NCBI GenBank assembly: GCA_963801165.1
Contig: CAWDDT010000009.1
Location: 1 to 64,000, forward strand
From: an uncultured bacterium
Lineage (GTDB): Bacteria > Actinomycetota > Acidimicrobiia > Spongiisociales > UBA5794
Direction of reading: 5' to 3'
Length of the DNA: 64,000 nucleotides
How positions within the stretch are numbered: position 1 is the stretch's first letter; every line of letters begins with the position of its first letter. The notes under the pieces were generated by a model that had not been told where the DNA came from, did not search any database, and was given only the letters and a program-made list of their open reading frames with translations. The position numbers and the translations under genes are program-made. Positions 51,240 to 61,381 of the stretch are shown piece after piece.

Positions 51240-51652
51240 GCGACCGACCAACGTCCCGCATCGCCGAGGTCGTTGCCGCCGAAGTCGTTGCCGCCGAAGT
51301 CGTTGTCGACGTCGATTACCGGTCGGGGGCCTTTGAGATCGTGATCGTCAATATCGGGGACGCCGTGGCGCACGATGTGAAGGTCAAATTCTCGCGAAAC
51401 CTGGTTGGCGCCCGCGACGTTGTAGTCTCGGAACTCCCTATCTTTCAGCGGCTTCGCACCCTGCCCCCCGGCAAGCAGATTCGTGTGTTCCTCGATTCAG
51501 CCGACGCCGTATTCCGGCGCCGCAAGACCAACACGTTCAGCGTCGTGGCCTACTGGAACAGCGCCGACGGGACGAGATCCACCGCCTCATACACCCACGA
51601 TCTCGATGCCTATCGCGACCTCCCAGAGATGGTGGTTCGAGAGTGGCGTTGA
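51236..51652 (+). CDS. Hypothetical beta-rich protein coupled to tail tube gene
   Basis: ATGA overlap; NIGDAVAHDVKVKF; 3x 15-bp repeat (AEVVA) near N-terminus. Confidence 0.65.
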   Translation: MSDRPTSRIAEVVAAEVVAAEVVVDVDYRSGAFEIVIVNIGDAVAHDVKVKFSRNLVGARDVVVSELPIFQRLRTLPPGKQIRVFLDSADAVFRRRKTNTFSVVAYWNSADGTRSTASYTHDLDAYRDLPEMVVREWR

Positions 51653-51784
51653 GATATCTCCTTTTCGGAGGTCACGGGCCGGCTCCAACCCATCTGGATT
51701 TGGGATGCCCTGACGGCGCGGCCAGTGGCAATCCGCGGCGCGAGTGCCATATATTCAGTACGACGCATCGGGAGGAGGAGAACG

Positions 51785-53311
51785 ATGTCATTGAATCTGG
51801 CTCTGTTGCTTCGTGAGAGCGCCCATACCTACCCGGATCGGACCGCTCTCGTTGTGGGACCGAACACGTTGAGCTACGCCGCTCTGGACGACCAGGCCCG
51901 TCGCTTCGCCGGGGGGCTCCGCACGTTGGGCGTCGAGCCCGGCGACCGGGTGGCGCTGCTCGTGCCCAACGTGCCGCATTTCAGCATCGCCTACTTTGGA
52001 GTTCTGTACGCGGGGGCAACGGTGGTGCCGCTCAATGTGCTGTTGACCGGTCCCGAGGTGGCCTATCACCTTGCCGATTCCCACTCCAAGGTGCTGGTGG
52101 CTTGGGAAGGGTTCCTCAAACCGGCACGAGACGGGTTCACCGAGTGGGGTGACTCCGACCATCTCGTGGTCATTGCCGCCGGTACGGACAAACCGGAGCT
52201 AGGCCACAAGGAGGTCGACTTTGTAGGGTTGATCGAGACAGCCGAGCCCGTCGAAGAACTGCCCGCAACCGCACCCGACAACACGGCGGTGATCCTCTAT
52301 ACGTCGGGTACCACGGGTAAGCCGAAGGGGGCGGAGCTCACCCACTTCAATATGTTCTTCAACGCGCACTACACCCGGACGCTCTTGCTGCCGCTCACCT
52401 CAGAGACCGTGGCGTTGGCGACGCTGCCGCTGTTTCACAGCTTTGGGCAAACGGTCATGCACAACGCGGTCATCGGCGCCGGGGGGAAGGTTGTCCTGCT
52501 TCCCCGTTTCGATCCCGCGGCCGCGTTGGAGCTGATGCAACAGCACAAGGTGACGTTCTTCGGCGGTGTCCCCACCATGTACTTTGCACTGCTACACCAT
52601 CCCGATGCCGACCAGTACGACCTATCGAGCCTCGAGTTCTGCGTCGCCGGCGGCTCGGCAATGCCGGTCGAGGTGATGAAGGCGTTCGACGACAAGTACG
52701 ACGTCAACATTCTCGAGGGCTACGGGTTGTCCGAGACGTCCCCCGTGGCCAGCTTCAACCAGCTTGACCGACCCAAGAAGATCGGCTCGGTCGGTTTGCC
52801 CCTGTGGGGTGTCGAGTTCCGTCTCGAGACAGACGACGGGAAGGTGGTGATCGGCACCGACGAGCCGGGCGAGATCTGTATCAAGGGCCACAACGTGATG
52901 AAGGGCTACCTGGGCCGACCGGACGCCACCAAGGAGGCGATCAAGGACGGCTGGTTCCACAGCGGGGACATCGGAGTCAGGGACGAGGACGGTTTCTACT
53001 ACATCGTCGATCGCAAGAAGGACATGATCATCCGTGGTGGATTCAACGTGTACCCGCGGGAGATCGAGGAGGTTCTCTATGCCCACCCGGCGGTCGCCGA
53101 GGCGGCCGTGATCGGCGTTCCCGATGCCAGCCACGGGGAGGAGGTGAAGGCGGTGCTGGCTCTCAAGCCGGGAGCGGAGACCAACGCAGACGAGATCATC
53201 GCCTTCTGCAAGACCCAACTCGCCGCCTACAAGTACCCGAGGACGGTGGAGTTCCTCGACACGCTCCCCAAGGGTCCGACCGGGAAGATCCTCAAGCGCG
53301 AGCTGCGCTGA
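51785..53311 (+). CDS. Long-chain fatty acid-CoA ligase
   Basis: YTSGTTGKPKG, EGYGLSET, GWFHSGD, DRKKD, TGKILK. Confidence 0.95.
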   Translation: MSLNLALLLRESAHTYPDRTALVVGPNTLSYAALDDQARRFAGGLRTLGVEPGDRVALLVPNVPHFSIAYFGVLYAGATVVPLNVLLTGPEVAYHLADSHSKVLVAWEGFLKPARDGFTEWGDSDHLVVIAAGTDKPELGHKEVDFVGLIETAEPVEELPATAPDNTAVILYTSGTTGKPKGAELTHFNMFFNAHYTRTLLLPLTSETVALATLPLFHSFGQTVMHNAVIGAGGKVVLLPRFDPAAALELMQQHKVTFFGGVPTMYFALLHHPDADQYDLSSLEFCVAGGSAMPVEVMKAFDDKYDVNILEGYGLSETSPVASFNQLDRPKKIGSVGLPLWGVEFRLETDDGKVVIGTDEPGEICIKGHNVMKGYLGRPDATKEAIKDGWFHSGDIGVRDEDGFYYIVDRKKDMIIRGGFNVYPREIEEVLYAHPAVAEAAVIGVPDASHGEEVKAVLALKPGAETNADEIIAFCKTQLAAYKYPRTVEFLDTLPKGPTGKILKRELR

Positions 53312-53375
53312 GCGCCCGTCCCTGTGGAACCAGATAGCGTGCTGCTCGGCAGCACGACTCTGTGTGAGGCCGCGC

Positions 53376-56183
53376 TCAAAGGAGCCCTTCGGTCGCCGCC
53401 AACACGGCAGCCTGAGTGCGATTCGTTGCCCCTGTCTTCATGAGGATGCTGCGGACGTGGTTGGCCGCCGTATTTGTGCTGATCATCAGCCGTTCTCCGA
53501 TCTCCCGGTTGCTGAGACCTTCGACGAGGAGGCGAAGGACGTCGATCTCCCGGCCACTCAGCCCGAGGTCGTTTCCTTTGGCACGGACCGGCCGGACGGT
53601 CTGCTCGAGCGGGATGCGGCGGTTCAAGCCAATGCGATCGGCGATAGCCCTTCCTTGCTGTCGTAGCTCGGCGGCTCGTTCGTGTTCGCCGACGATCTCG
53701 AGATGAGCGGCGAAAGACAGCAACGTCTCTGCCTCGTGAACGACGGCGTGCATCCTGCGGTCCATGTCCAGGGCCTTCTCGAAATGGATTGTTGCGGACT
53801 GCATGTCGCCGAGGAGATGGTCGATCAGAGCCAAATAGCGATCTGCGCTTCCGAGGGGCATGAGGAGATGTCCTGCCAGCAGGTTTTGGCCCTCGAATGG
53901 TGCCAGTATCTCACGCATCTTTCGAGCTGACACTGTGTCACGCAGCACGGCTGAAGCCTCTACGGCGAACACAGCGATCGCAGCCCACTGCGCCGAGACG
54001 GGGCTGATGTCCTCACATGACCTCACGACGGGTGGCAGGAGTACAGCGACCTCGTCCCTGTTGCCAACCTCGGTATACACGGCAAGGGCACCCGGCTTCC
54101 AACCCCCTTCCCTTACGGCCGCGGCTATGACCTGATCCGGGAGCCCCCGCAGCTTTCCAGTAGCTCGCTCGATGAAGAACATCTGCATTCCGAATGGCCC
54201 GTCGGCTTTGGCATCCCCGTAGGGTATTGCCTCATGCAGTCCCTTCTCGGACCGCCACCGCGCTTCCTCGAGCCGTCCTCCCAAATACGACACTGCAGCT
54301 TCGAGCCACAGTCCAGCGACGGTCATCGTCGGCTGTGCGACGGAGGGCCCCAGCTGCCGTGATACGAAGGTCTGGTCCTCGAGGCTGTTCGGAATCCCCA
54401 GCCTGTAACCGGCATTCGCCCCGACGCCAATGGCCAATCCCACGTTCATGTGCGTTGTAGCGTCGGCCAGCCCCCGCAGTTCCAGAGCCCGGTTGTACTG
54501 CACTTCCAGCCTGTCGGGAGTGGCAAACCCAAAGATGGCCGTGACCAGTGCGTGTGCCAGCAACTCCCTGTCACCGATCTCCCGCGCCCGCCGCAGCGCC
54601 AACTCGAGGATTGGTGCTGCTCTCTCGACCTCACCGGCCATGAGCAGCGCCCGGCCCATGCTTGCGAGTGCTCGTGTGTGCAAGGGGTCGTTTGTCGGAA
54701 GCAGTGGCAACGCATCTGCGAGCAGTTGAACGGAGAGTTCGGGGTCGATTGAATCCTCCCAGGACGCTTCCTCGTTGCCGATGGCAGCGCGAGCTTTGAT
54801 CCGCGCATCCGTGCCGTTGGCCAACTCCCGGTAACGAGCCCGAGCGATCTCACGTTGGTTGCCCCGGCAGTGCGACTCCGCCGCTTCGAATCTCAACTCG
54901 AGTGCCTGGGAGCCGTCGGAGATGGCAGCGGCATGGTCGAGAGCGGCTGCGGCCTCGCGATGGGCGAGACTGCGACGCGAGGCTTCTGCGCTCAGCCTCA
55001 GATACTCGATGGCTTTGTCGACGTGGCCGAGTGGTGCTGCCTGCTCGTAGTGGTGGGCGATAGCCGCGATCGCTTCGGGTGTCTGGCGGCCCCGTCGCTC
55101 CAAGGCAAGTGCAACATCGAGGTGGATCCGGAGCCGCTCGTGACGGGGAATGCGATCGATCACGGCCTGGCGGGTGAGGGCATGCCGAAACGAGATGCCG
55201 GAGCCGGTCTCATGAAGGAGCCCATGTGCGACGGCGTCGTCGACCGCAGCCAGCGCCGCGACGGGATCGAGACCGATGTCATACAGCAAGTCGAGATCGA
55301 GGTCGTCGCCGGCGATGGCCGCATGACCGAGAAAGTCGAGTGTGCCCGGTGCCAGGGCGGCGAGCCGGAGGTCGAGCACATCGCGCACGGTGCGCGGGGT
55401 GGGGAGGATCTCGGCGATCAACGCTTCGATGCCCCCACGCCGTTTGAGATCCCGCCACGTCTCTTCGAGAAAGAACGGGTTGCCGCCGGTGTAGTCACGC
55501 AGGATCGCAGCGGTCTGCCTGGCAATCGTTCCGGTTGCCCCGCCGGCAGCCGTCAAAAACGCGGCAATATCGTCTGTGTCGAGACCGGCGAGATCGATGC
55601 GGCTCACCCCGGCCATTCCGTAGAGGTCGGCGATCGATCTCGTTAGCTCCTGGGAGCGATCAGGGGCCGTGGTGCGATGGGTGGCGACGATGAACAGCCG
55701 TCGGTCATACGACGTCGTGACCAGGGCGCGCAACAACTGTCTGGTCTGTGGTCCCGCCCAATGGAGGTTGTCGAGCACCATCACCACTGCCGCGGCACCG
55801 GTCAGTACCCGGGTGACCTCGGTGACCGCATTGAGAAGTGCACCGGGGTCGTCAAAGACCGACGGAGCGGCCGGCTCCACCTCCGAGCGGCGCGCCAGTT
55901 GCGGACTCAGCAACGCCAGGCTGGCCACCGTGCTGGTGTCGAGATCACCAACGATCTCGAGCGCCGTCGGTTCGGAGAAGAGGTGGTCGAACATCTCGAC
56001 GAACGGCTGCAGCGGGTAGCCGAAGTCGCGGGTGTTGGAGCCGGCAAGGACGATGGCGCCGTCTTCGTAACAAGCAGAGGCCAACTCACCCGCCAGACGT
56101 GTCTTGCCGGCGCCCGGTTCGCCACCGATGAATACCGCCCGGCGACGACCGGAGACGACCTCATCCCAGTATATGGCGAGCAC
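53376..56183 (-). CDS. AAA ATPase-LuxR (LAL/MalT-like) regulator, N-terminus possibly clipped
   Basis: GEPGAGKT, LDNLHWA, TGGNPFF, C-terminal LSGREIDVLRLL HTH. Confidence 0.9.
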   Translation of the reverse strand: MLAIYWDEVVSGRRRAVFIGGEPGAGKTRLAGELASACYEDGAIVLAGSNTRDFGYPLQPFVEMFDHLFSEPTALEIVGDLDTSTVASLALLSPQLARRSEVEPAAPSVFDDPGALLNAVTEVTRVLTGAAAVVMVLDNLHWAGPQTRQLLRALVTTSYDRRLFIVATHRTTAPDRSQELTRSIADLYGMAGVSRIDLAGLDTDDIAAFLTAAGGATGTIARQTAAILRDYTGGNPFFLEETWRDLKRRGGIEALIAEILPTPRTVRDVLDLRLAALAPGTLDFLGHAAIAGDDLDLDLLYDIGLDPVAALAAVDDAVAHGLLHETGSGISFRHALTRQAVIDRIPRHERLRIHLDVALALERRGRQTPEAIAAIAHHYEQAAPLGHVDKAIEYLRLSAEASRRSLAHREAAAALDHAAAISDGSQALELRFEAAESHCRGNQREIARARYRELANGTDARIKARAAIGNEEASWEDSIDPELSVQLLADALPLLPTNDPLHTRALASMGRALLMAGEVERAAPILELALRRAREIGDRELLAHALVTAIFGFATPDRLEVQYNRALELRGLADATTHMNVGLAIGVGANAGYRLGIPNSLEDQTFVSRQLGPSVAQPTMTVAGLWLEAAVSYLGGRLEEARWRSEKGLHEAIPYGDAKADGPFGMQMFFIERATGKLRGLPDQVIAAAVREGGWKPGALAVYTEVGNRDEVAVLLPPVVRSCEDISPVSAQWAAIAVFAVEASAVLRDTVSARKMREILAPFEGQNLLAGHLLMPLGSADRYLALIDHLLGDMQSATIHFEKALDMDRRMHAVVHEAETLLSFAAHLEIVGEHERAAELRQQGRAIADRIGLNRRIPLEQTVRPVRAKGNDLGLSGREIDVLRLLVEGLSNREIGERLMISTNTAANHVRSILMKTGATNRTQAAVLAATEGLL

Positions 56184-56345
56184 AGTTTCCTTTCTCAGGA
56201 TCTGCGCAAGACCTACTGCCTTTACGAGGCACCGAACGCGGACGCGATCCGAGCAGCCGCAGCCCGCGCCGGCATCCCGGCAGACGCGATAGTCGAACTT
56301 ACTGGACGTCTGGAGAATGACGGCTCGGTAACACCGATTGGCTGA
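56181..56345 (+). pseudogene. DUF4242 domain protein, C-terminal part only
   Basis: HSFLSQDLRKTYCLYEAPNADAIRAAAARAGIPADAIVE. Confidence 0.75.
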
Positions 56346-56472
56346 TCATCGTGAAAGGGATCTGATCGGACGGAGCGATAGTCAGACCTGACTATCGCTA
56401 GAAAAGGCGCAACCAGGTCATGCGTCTGGTGCGAGCAGTCCGTACGTTGACGGTGACGACATAGGAGGGGAC

Positions 56473-57657
56473 GTGACCACCACGATTCCAGTAGCAGATT
56501 TGCTGACCGACGATCTACTCAATCGCTTTGATTCTCGTGCGATGACATACGACCGGGAGAACCGGTTCTTCGCCGAGGACTTCGAGGATCTCGTTTCCAC
56601 CGGCTACCTGGCACTGCCGCTCCCTGTGGATCGTGGTGGCAGGGGCGCCTCCATCGCTGAGGTAGTTGCGGCCACTCGACGTTTGGCTTCGGTGGCCCCT
56701 GCCACCGCGGTCGCCTGCAACATGCACCTCTACTGGGTGGGCATCGCCGCGGACCTGGAACGTGCCGGTGATTCCAGGGGCAAGTTCATCCTCGATGCGG
56801 CCGCAGCAGGAAGGGTCTTGGCCGCTGGGCACGGAGAGCGGGGCAACGACATTCCCGGTCTCTTCTCGAGCGCCAATGCGGAACGAGTCGACGGCGGGTG
56901 GCGTATCACCGGGCACAAGATCTTCGGAAGCCTGTCTCCCGTGTGGGATTACCTCGGGTTGCACGCCATGGACGGCAGCGATCCCGCGGCGCCGAAGATC
57001 GTCCACGGTTTCGTAGCTCGCGATGCAGAAGGCCTTCGTGTCGAAGAGACGTGGGATGCGCTGGGCATGCGCGCTACAGCCAGCCACGACACCATCCTCG
57101 ATGGTGTGTTCCTGCCCGACGAGCAGGTCATCACGGTGTGCCCGGCTGGTTTTGGGGGTGCCGACAACTTCATTGTGGCCTGGTTCGCCTGGGCGCTGTT
57201 TGGCTTGAGCTCGGTCTATCTGGGTGCCGCCGAGCGTGCCTACTCCGAGACCGTCGCCGCGGCGCAGAAGAAGACGTCGCTGGCGATGACCCGTTCGATG
57301 GCCTATCACCCCGAGGTGCAACACAACGTTGCCGAGATGCGGATGCGTCTGGAGACCGCATCTGCGCTGTTAGAGCGCATGGCCATCGACTGGACCGCGG
57401 GTGTTGACTACGGCGTTGACTGGATAGTCAAGATTGTTACCACCAAGCACGTCGTCGCTACAAACGCCTGGCGGGTGGTCGACACCGCTATCGATGTCGC
57501 CGGCGGCGGCGGAGTGATGAAGCGAAATCGTCTCGAACAGCTGTTCCGGGACGTCCGTATGGGCCTCATCCATCCTGCCAACCCACTGTTCACACACGAA
57601 GTCGTCGGGAAGCTCTCTCTCGGCGTCAATCCCGACGAACAACCTCGCTGGGGCTGA
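56473..57657 (+). CDS. Acyl-CoA dehydrogenase family protein
   Basis: GWRITGHKIFGS, WDALGMRATASH, LEQLFRD; GGAGG RBS. Confidence 0.93.
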   Translation: MTTTIPVADLLTDDLLNRFDSRAMTYDRENRFFAEDFEDLVSTGYLALPLPVDRGGRGASIAEVVAATRRLASVAPATAVACNMHLYWVGIAADLERAGDSRGKFILDAAAAGRVLAAGHGERGNDIPGLFSSANAERVDGGWRITGHKIFGSLSPVWDYLGLHAMDGSDPAAPKIVHGFVARDAEGLRVEETWDALGMRATASHDTILDGVFLPDEQVITVCPAGFGGADNFIVAWFAWALFGLSSVYLGAAERAYSETVAAAQKKTSLAMTRSMAYHPEVQHNVAEMRMRLETASALLERMAIDWTAGVDYGVDWIVKIVTTKHVVATNAWRVVDTAIDVAGGGGVMKRNRLEQLFRDVRMGLIHPANPLFTHEVVGKLSLGVNPDEQPRWG

Positions 57658-57771
57658 GTCCGACCCTTCGTAGCCCCTGATACCCCCGCCCGGGCGGCCC
57701 CGATGCATCTGCGCATCGCGCCGTATTGATTGCCTGCCGCGCTGTGTGGTCGGCATGGGAAGGAGCAAAGC

Positions 57772-57989
57772 ATGAGGAACGCAAGACGTATACACAGTTG
57801 GCTGGTTGTGGCAATGGTCGGGCTCATGGTCATGTCGGTCACCGTGGCGGCGGACGCCCCATCGATCACCCAACGTCGTTTGAGATTGTGGGTGATACCG
57901 CGTACGTCGCCACCCCGGGCGGTGAGGTATGGAAGGTGGATCACATTGGCCCACCGCACGGCGGGTGCTGCCAGTCGATAGGTCCCTGA
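57772..57989 (+). pseudogene. Internally deleted secreted protein (ScyD/ScyE-like propeller tail)
   Basis: Signal peptide joined out of frame to IDHPTSFEIVGDTAYV..GEVWKV. Confidence 0.5.
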
Positions 57990-58010
57990 GCGGGGGCTAA
58001 GGGAAAGCGC

Positions 58011-58043
58011 GGGCGCTCCGCCGATCAATCCGGCGGAGCACCC
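58011..58043. terminator. Hairpin between convergent genes
   Basis: GGGCGCTCCGCCG..CGGCGGAGCACCC. Confidence 0.55.
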
Positions 58044-58094
58044 GTCGCGCCTAGACGCTTCTTCCTCCCCCTCCGGCTGTCGCGCACCTCCGGT

Positions 58095-58595
58095 TCACGC
58101 CAGTGACGTGCTCATATCCGGGGTCCCGGCGATCGTCTGGAAGACGACGCAGTAGCGCTCGGTGAGCTTGAGCAGCGTCGCCAGCTTCTCCTCGTCGGCG
58201 TCGGTGTCCAGATCAAACGACAGCCGGATAGCGCGGAAACCGACCGGGGCGTCCTTGCCGACAGCGAGGGTTCCCCTGAAATCGAGGTCGCCTTCGGCGC
58301 GTACGACGCCGCGGCGGACATCGACGCCGATCGAGGTTGCCACTGCGCCGAGTGTTACCCCGGCGCACGCAACGAGCGCCTCGAGCAGCATGTCGCCCGA
58401 GCACAGCGACAAGCCGTCACCGCCGCTTGCCGGATGAAGCCCCGCCCTCGCCATCGCCCGGCCCGTCTTCACCGAGCAGGTCACGTCTTCGCCGATCTCA
58501 CCCTCGGCCTCGAGGGTGACCACTGCGGCATCGGGATCGTCGCGGTAGCGCTGTTTGAGTGGGTCCTGTGCGGCCCGAAGTTCATCTCTCTTCAT
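58095..58595 (-). CDS. OsmC family protein
   Basis: LCSGDMLLEALVACAGVT, GDLDFRG, TERYCVV. Confidence 0.92.
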   Translation of the reverse strand: MKRDELRAAQDPLKQRYRDDPDAAVVTLEAEGEIGEDVTCSVKTGRAMARAGLHPASGGDGLSLCSGDMLLEALVACAGVTLGAVATSIGVDVRRGVVRAEGDLDFRGTLAVGKDAPVGFRAIRLSFDLDTDADEEKLATLLKLTERYCVVFQTIAGTPDMSTSLA

Positions 58596-58656
58596 GCCCT
58601 GCAACCTACCCGACGTCCTCACCCTTTCATGACGGAGCCTCGTGAGAGAATGCGGT

Positions 58657-59355
58657 ATGGACGAGCTACGGGAAGGCGAGGCGTATTGGTCGCAACAAGC
58701 GAAGACGTTCGACGAGGAGCCAGACCACGGGCTCACCGATCCACAGGTTCGGGCCGCTTGGTTAAATCGGCTGAAGACGTGGCTGCCATCCGGTTACGGG
58801 AGAGTCGCCGACCTGGGATGTGGCACCGGGACGTTGTCGGTGTTGCTCGCGCAAGATGGTGCCGAGGTGATAGGAGTCGATCTGTCTCCTGCGATGATCG
58901 ATCTAGCGATGCGCAAGGCGGACGATGCGGCAGTCGCCGTTCGGTTTTCGGTTGGTGATGCATCAGATCCCGACCTGGCCGCAGGCTCCTTTGATGCCGT
59001 GCTGTGCCGTCATGTTCTGTGGAACCTTCCCGACCCGGCGTCTGTGCTCGGCCGCTGGGCTCGGCTGCTCCGGAGCGGGGGTCGGATGGTGTTGATAGAG
59101 GGGCTCTGGCGGAACGTCGCCGATGGCCAGAAGCTGTTGGGCATCCCGGCCGCTTTCCTCATCGAGACACTGTCGTCGATGTTTGCCCGAGTCGACCACT
59201 ACCCCCTTTCCGAGGACACTGCGCTCTGGGGCAAGGCCGTCGCGGACGAGCGGTACGCCGTCGTGGCCGCGGGCGCTCCCGGCAGCGCCCGTCCGGACGG
59301 ATCGGCTCCGAAGGCCGTGTCGTACGGGATCAATCGCTGTTCTTGGGACGATTGA
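58657..59355 (+). CDS. Class I SAM-dependent methyltransferase
   Basis: VADLGCGTG, GVDLS, FDAVLCRHVLW. Confidence 0.92.
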   Translation: MDELREGEAYWSQQAKTFDEEPDHGLTDPQVRAAWLNRLKTWLPSGYGRVADLGCGTGTLSVLLAQDGAEVIGVDLSPAMIDLAMRKADDAAVAVRFSVGDASDPDLAAGSFDAVLCRHVLWNLPDPASVLGRWARLLRSGGRMVLIEGLWRNVADGQKLLGIPAAFLIETLSSMFARVDHYPLSEDTALWGKAVADERYAVVAAGAPGSARPDGSAPKAVSYGINRCSWDD

Positions 59356-59364
59356 GTCCCGGCG

Positions 59365-59946
59365 TCACTGCTCGTCCGGTATCTGCTCGGTGTCGGGCAA
59401 AGTGGGATGCTCGGTCGGGTACAGACCGGCAACGAACCCGTAGACCGTCTCTCCGGAGCGCGGCAGCCGGCTGAAATCGTTGACGAGCTCGAAAACCCTG
59501 TCCCAGAACTCGGCGGCCCGTTCCGGCGAAATCCGTGCGTGGCGGAGGATGGCGCGTAGGTCGTCGGCTTCATGTGCGGGAACGGATGCGGCGGCGGCAA
59601 TGGTGAGGACATTGGGTAGCGTCTCCAATTGCTCCGGTTGGATCACCCCGACGTAGAAGATGCGTGCCGTGCGACCGTAGAAGCGTTCCTCGATTGCGCG
59701 CACCCGCCTCGTGCGTACAACCTTGAGGGCGTCTGCGGCGACGAGAACACCGACGTGGTAAGCGACCGTGCTCTTCGGCCGGTCTACCGCGGCAGCGAGC
59801 TCGCTGACCGTAGCCGCCCGCTCCAGGACCAACTCGAGGATCGTGCTCCTCAGTGGGTGGAAGATCGCGCTCAGCTCCCGAGACGCCGATACCACACGGA
59901 CATCCTCGAGCTCGTAATCCGGAATCTGACTATTGCCCGAAGTCAC
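59365..59946 (-). CDS. ArsR-like wHTH regulator
   Basis: HPLRSTIL..ATVSELAAAV..STVAYHV. Confidence 0.88.
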   Translation of the reverse strand: MTSGNSQIPDYELEDVRVVSASRELSAIFHPLRSTILELVLERAATVSELAAAVDRPKSTVAYHVGVLVAADALKVVRTRRVRAIEERFYGRTARIFYVGVIQPEQLETLPNVLTIAAAASVPAHEADDLRAILRHARISPERAAEFWDRVFELVNDFSRLPRSGETVYGFVAGLYPTEHPTLPDTEQIPDEQ

Positions 59947-59967
59947 TCGATCAGTCTATTCTGTTAG

Positions 59968-59991
59968 AATGATCGAATAAAGTCGATCATT
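59968..59991. promoter_or_regulatory. Operator-like inverted repeat in divergent promoter
   Basis: AATGATCGA-N6-TCGATCATT. Confidence 0.65.
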
Positions 59992-60009
59992 GGTCGAAAG
60001 GATGGTCTT

Positions 60010-60588
60010 GTGGCCGAAGTTCTGTTATTCCATCACGCTCAGGGTCAGACCGCGGGGTTCCTGGCGTTCGCAGACGAGTTACGTGCCGCCGGCCATACCG
60101 TGCACACGCCGGATCTGTACGAGGGTCGCGTCTTCGAGGACTTCGACGAAGGGTTGGCATACGCCGAGGAGACCGGGTTCGGCGTGCTCATCGAACGCGG
60201 AGTGCACGCGGCCGCAGGTCTTCCGAACGGTCTGGTTTACGCCGGTTTCTCCCTGGGGGTCGTGATGGCGCAGAACCTGGCTCAGACACGGCCCGGCGCA
60301 CGGGGAGCGTTGTTCTTCTATTCATGTGTTCCCGTCTCCGAGTTCGGTGAGTCTTGGCCCGCCGATGTCCCTGTCCAGATTCACGGTATGGACAACGACC
60401 CGATCTTCGTTGGGGAGGGTGACATCGACGCCGCCCGGGCCATAGTGGCCTCCGCTCCCGACGCCGAGTTGTTCCTGTATCCCGGTGATCAGCACTACTT
60501 CGCCGACTCGAGCCTTCCGTCGTATGACGCCGGCGCCACCGCCCTCCTCACCGAGCGGGTGCTCGATTTCCTGAGCCGTATCGACTGA
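60010..60588 (+). CDS. Dienelactone hydrolase family protein
   Basis: FHHAQG, GFSLG nucleophile, YPGDQHYF. Confidence 0.92.
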   Translation: MAEVLLFHHAQGQTAGFLAFADELRAAGHTVHTPDLYEGRVFEDFDEGLAYAEETGFGVLIERGVHAAAGLPNGLVYAGFSLGVVMAQNLAQTRPGARGALFFYSCVPVSEFGESWPADVPVQIHGMDNDPIFVGEGDIDAARAIVASAPDAELFLYPGDQHYFADSSLPSYDAGATALLTERVLDFLSRID

Positions 60589-60598
60589 GGCGTAGCCG

Positions 60599-61381
60599 TC
60601 ACGCGGCAGTTCTCTTGTGGAAAAGGTGGGCCGAGACTGGAATCGCGACCGCGAGGATTCCGGCGCACCACGCAATTGCATACCATGCGTTGTTGCCGAG
60701 TGGTTGGTCGAGGAGCAGCCCGCGCGCCGTTTCGATGATCGGTGTCACCGGCTGGTGGTCGGCGACCGTCCGCAGTACCACCGGCATCGTGTCGGTCGGC
60801 ACGAAGGCGCTGCTCACGTATGGCAAGAACGCCACGAAGAAAGCGAAGCCGCCGGCGGCGTCGACGTTCTTGGCCAGCAGGCCGAGGATCACCGCAAACC
60901 AGGTGATGGCGAGGACGTAGAGGGAGAGGATCGCCACCACCCCGAGCCACTGCCATGGCGACGCCAGTGGTCTGAACCCGATGGCGATGGCAACGGCGAA
61001 CACGAGTGCGGTGACAATCAGGTTCCGCACCATGCTGGCGACGACATGACCCGCAACGGCCGACGAGGGTCGAACCGGCATCGACCGGAGTCGATCCATG
61101 AAACCCTCGGTCAAATCGGCACAGACTGCGGTCGCCGTCAGGCCTGCGCCGAACCCGGCGGTGAGAAGGATGATCCCGGGTGCCACGTAGTTCACGTATC
61201 GGGTGTCGGTCCTGATAGCGCCCCCGAAGACGTAGACGAATAGGAGCAGAACCGTGACCGGTAGCGCCACCGACAGGACGAGGGCATCGGTGGATCGCAC
61301 GATATGGCGGACGCTCCGGCCGACCAGGACACGGCTATTGCGGATCAGTGAGCTTCCGGTTGCGATCCGACGCGCCGTCAT
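60599..61381 (-). CDS. ABC-2 type exporter permease (DrrB-like)
   Basis: Six TM segments, DRLRSMP, SSAFVP. Confidence 0.92.
   Translation of the reverse strand: MTARRIATGSSLIRNSRVLVGRSVRHIVRSTDALVLSVALPVTVLLLFVYVFGGAIRTDTRYVNYVAPGIILLTAGFGAGLTATAVCADLTEGFMDRLRSMPVRPSSAVAGHVVASMVRNLIVTALVFAVAIAIGFRPLASPWQWLGVVAILSLYVLAITWFAVILGLLAKNVDAAGGFAFFVAFLPYVSSAFVPTDTMPVVLRTVADHQPVTPIIETARGLLLDQPLGNNAWYAIAWCAGILAVAIPVSAHLFHKRTAA

Noticed and set aside
51263-51307. 3x 15-bp tandem repeat
   Set aside because: In-frame slippage repeat (AEVVA) with no evidence of further function.
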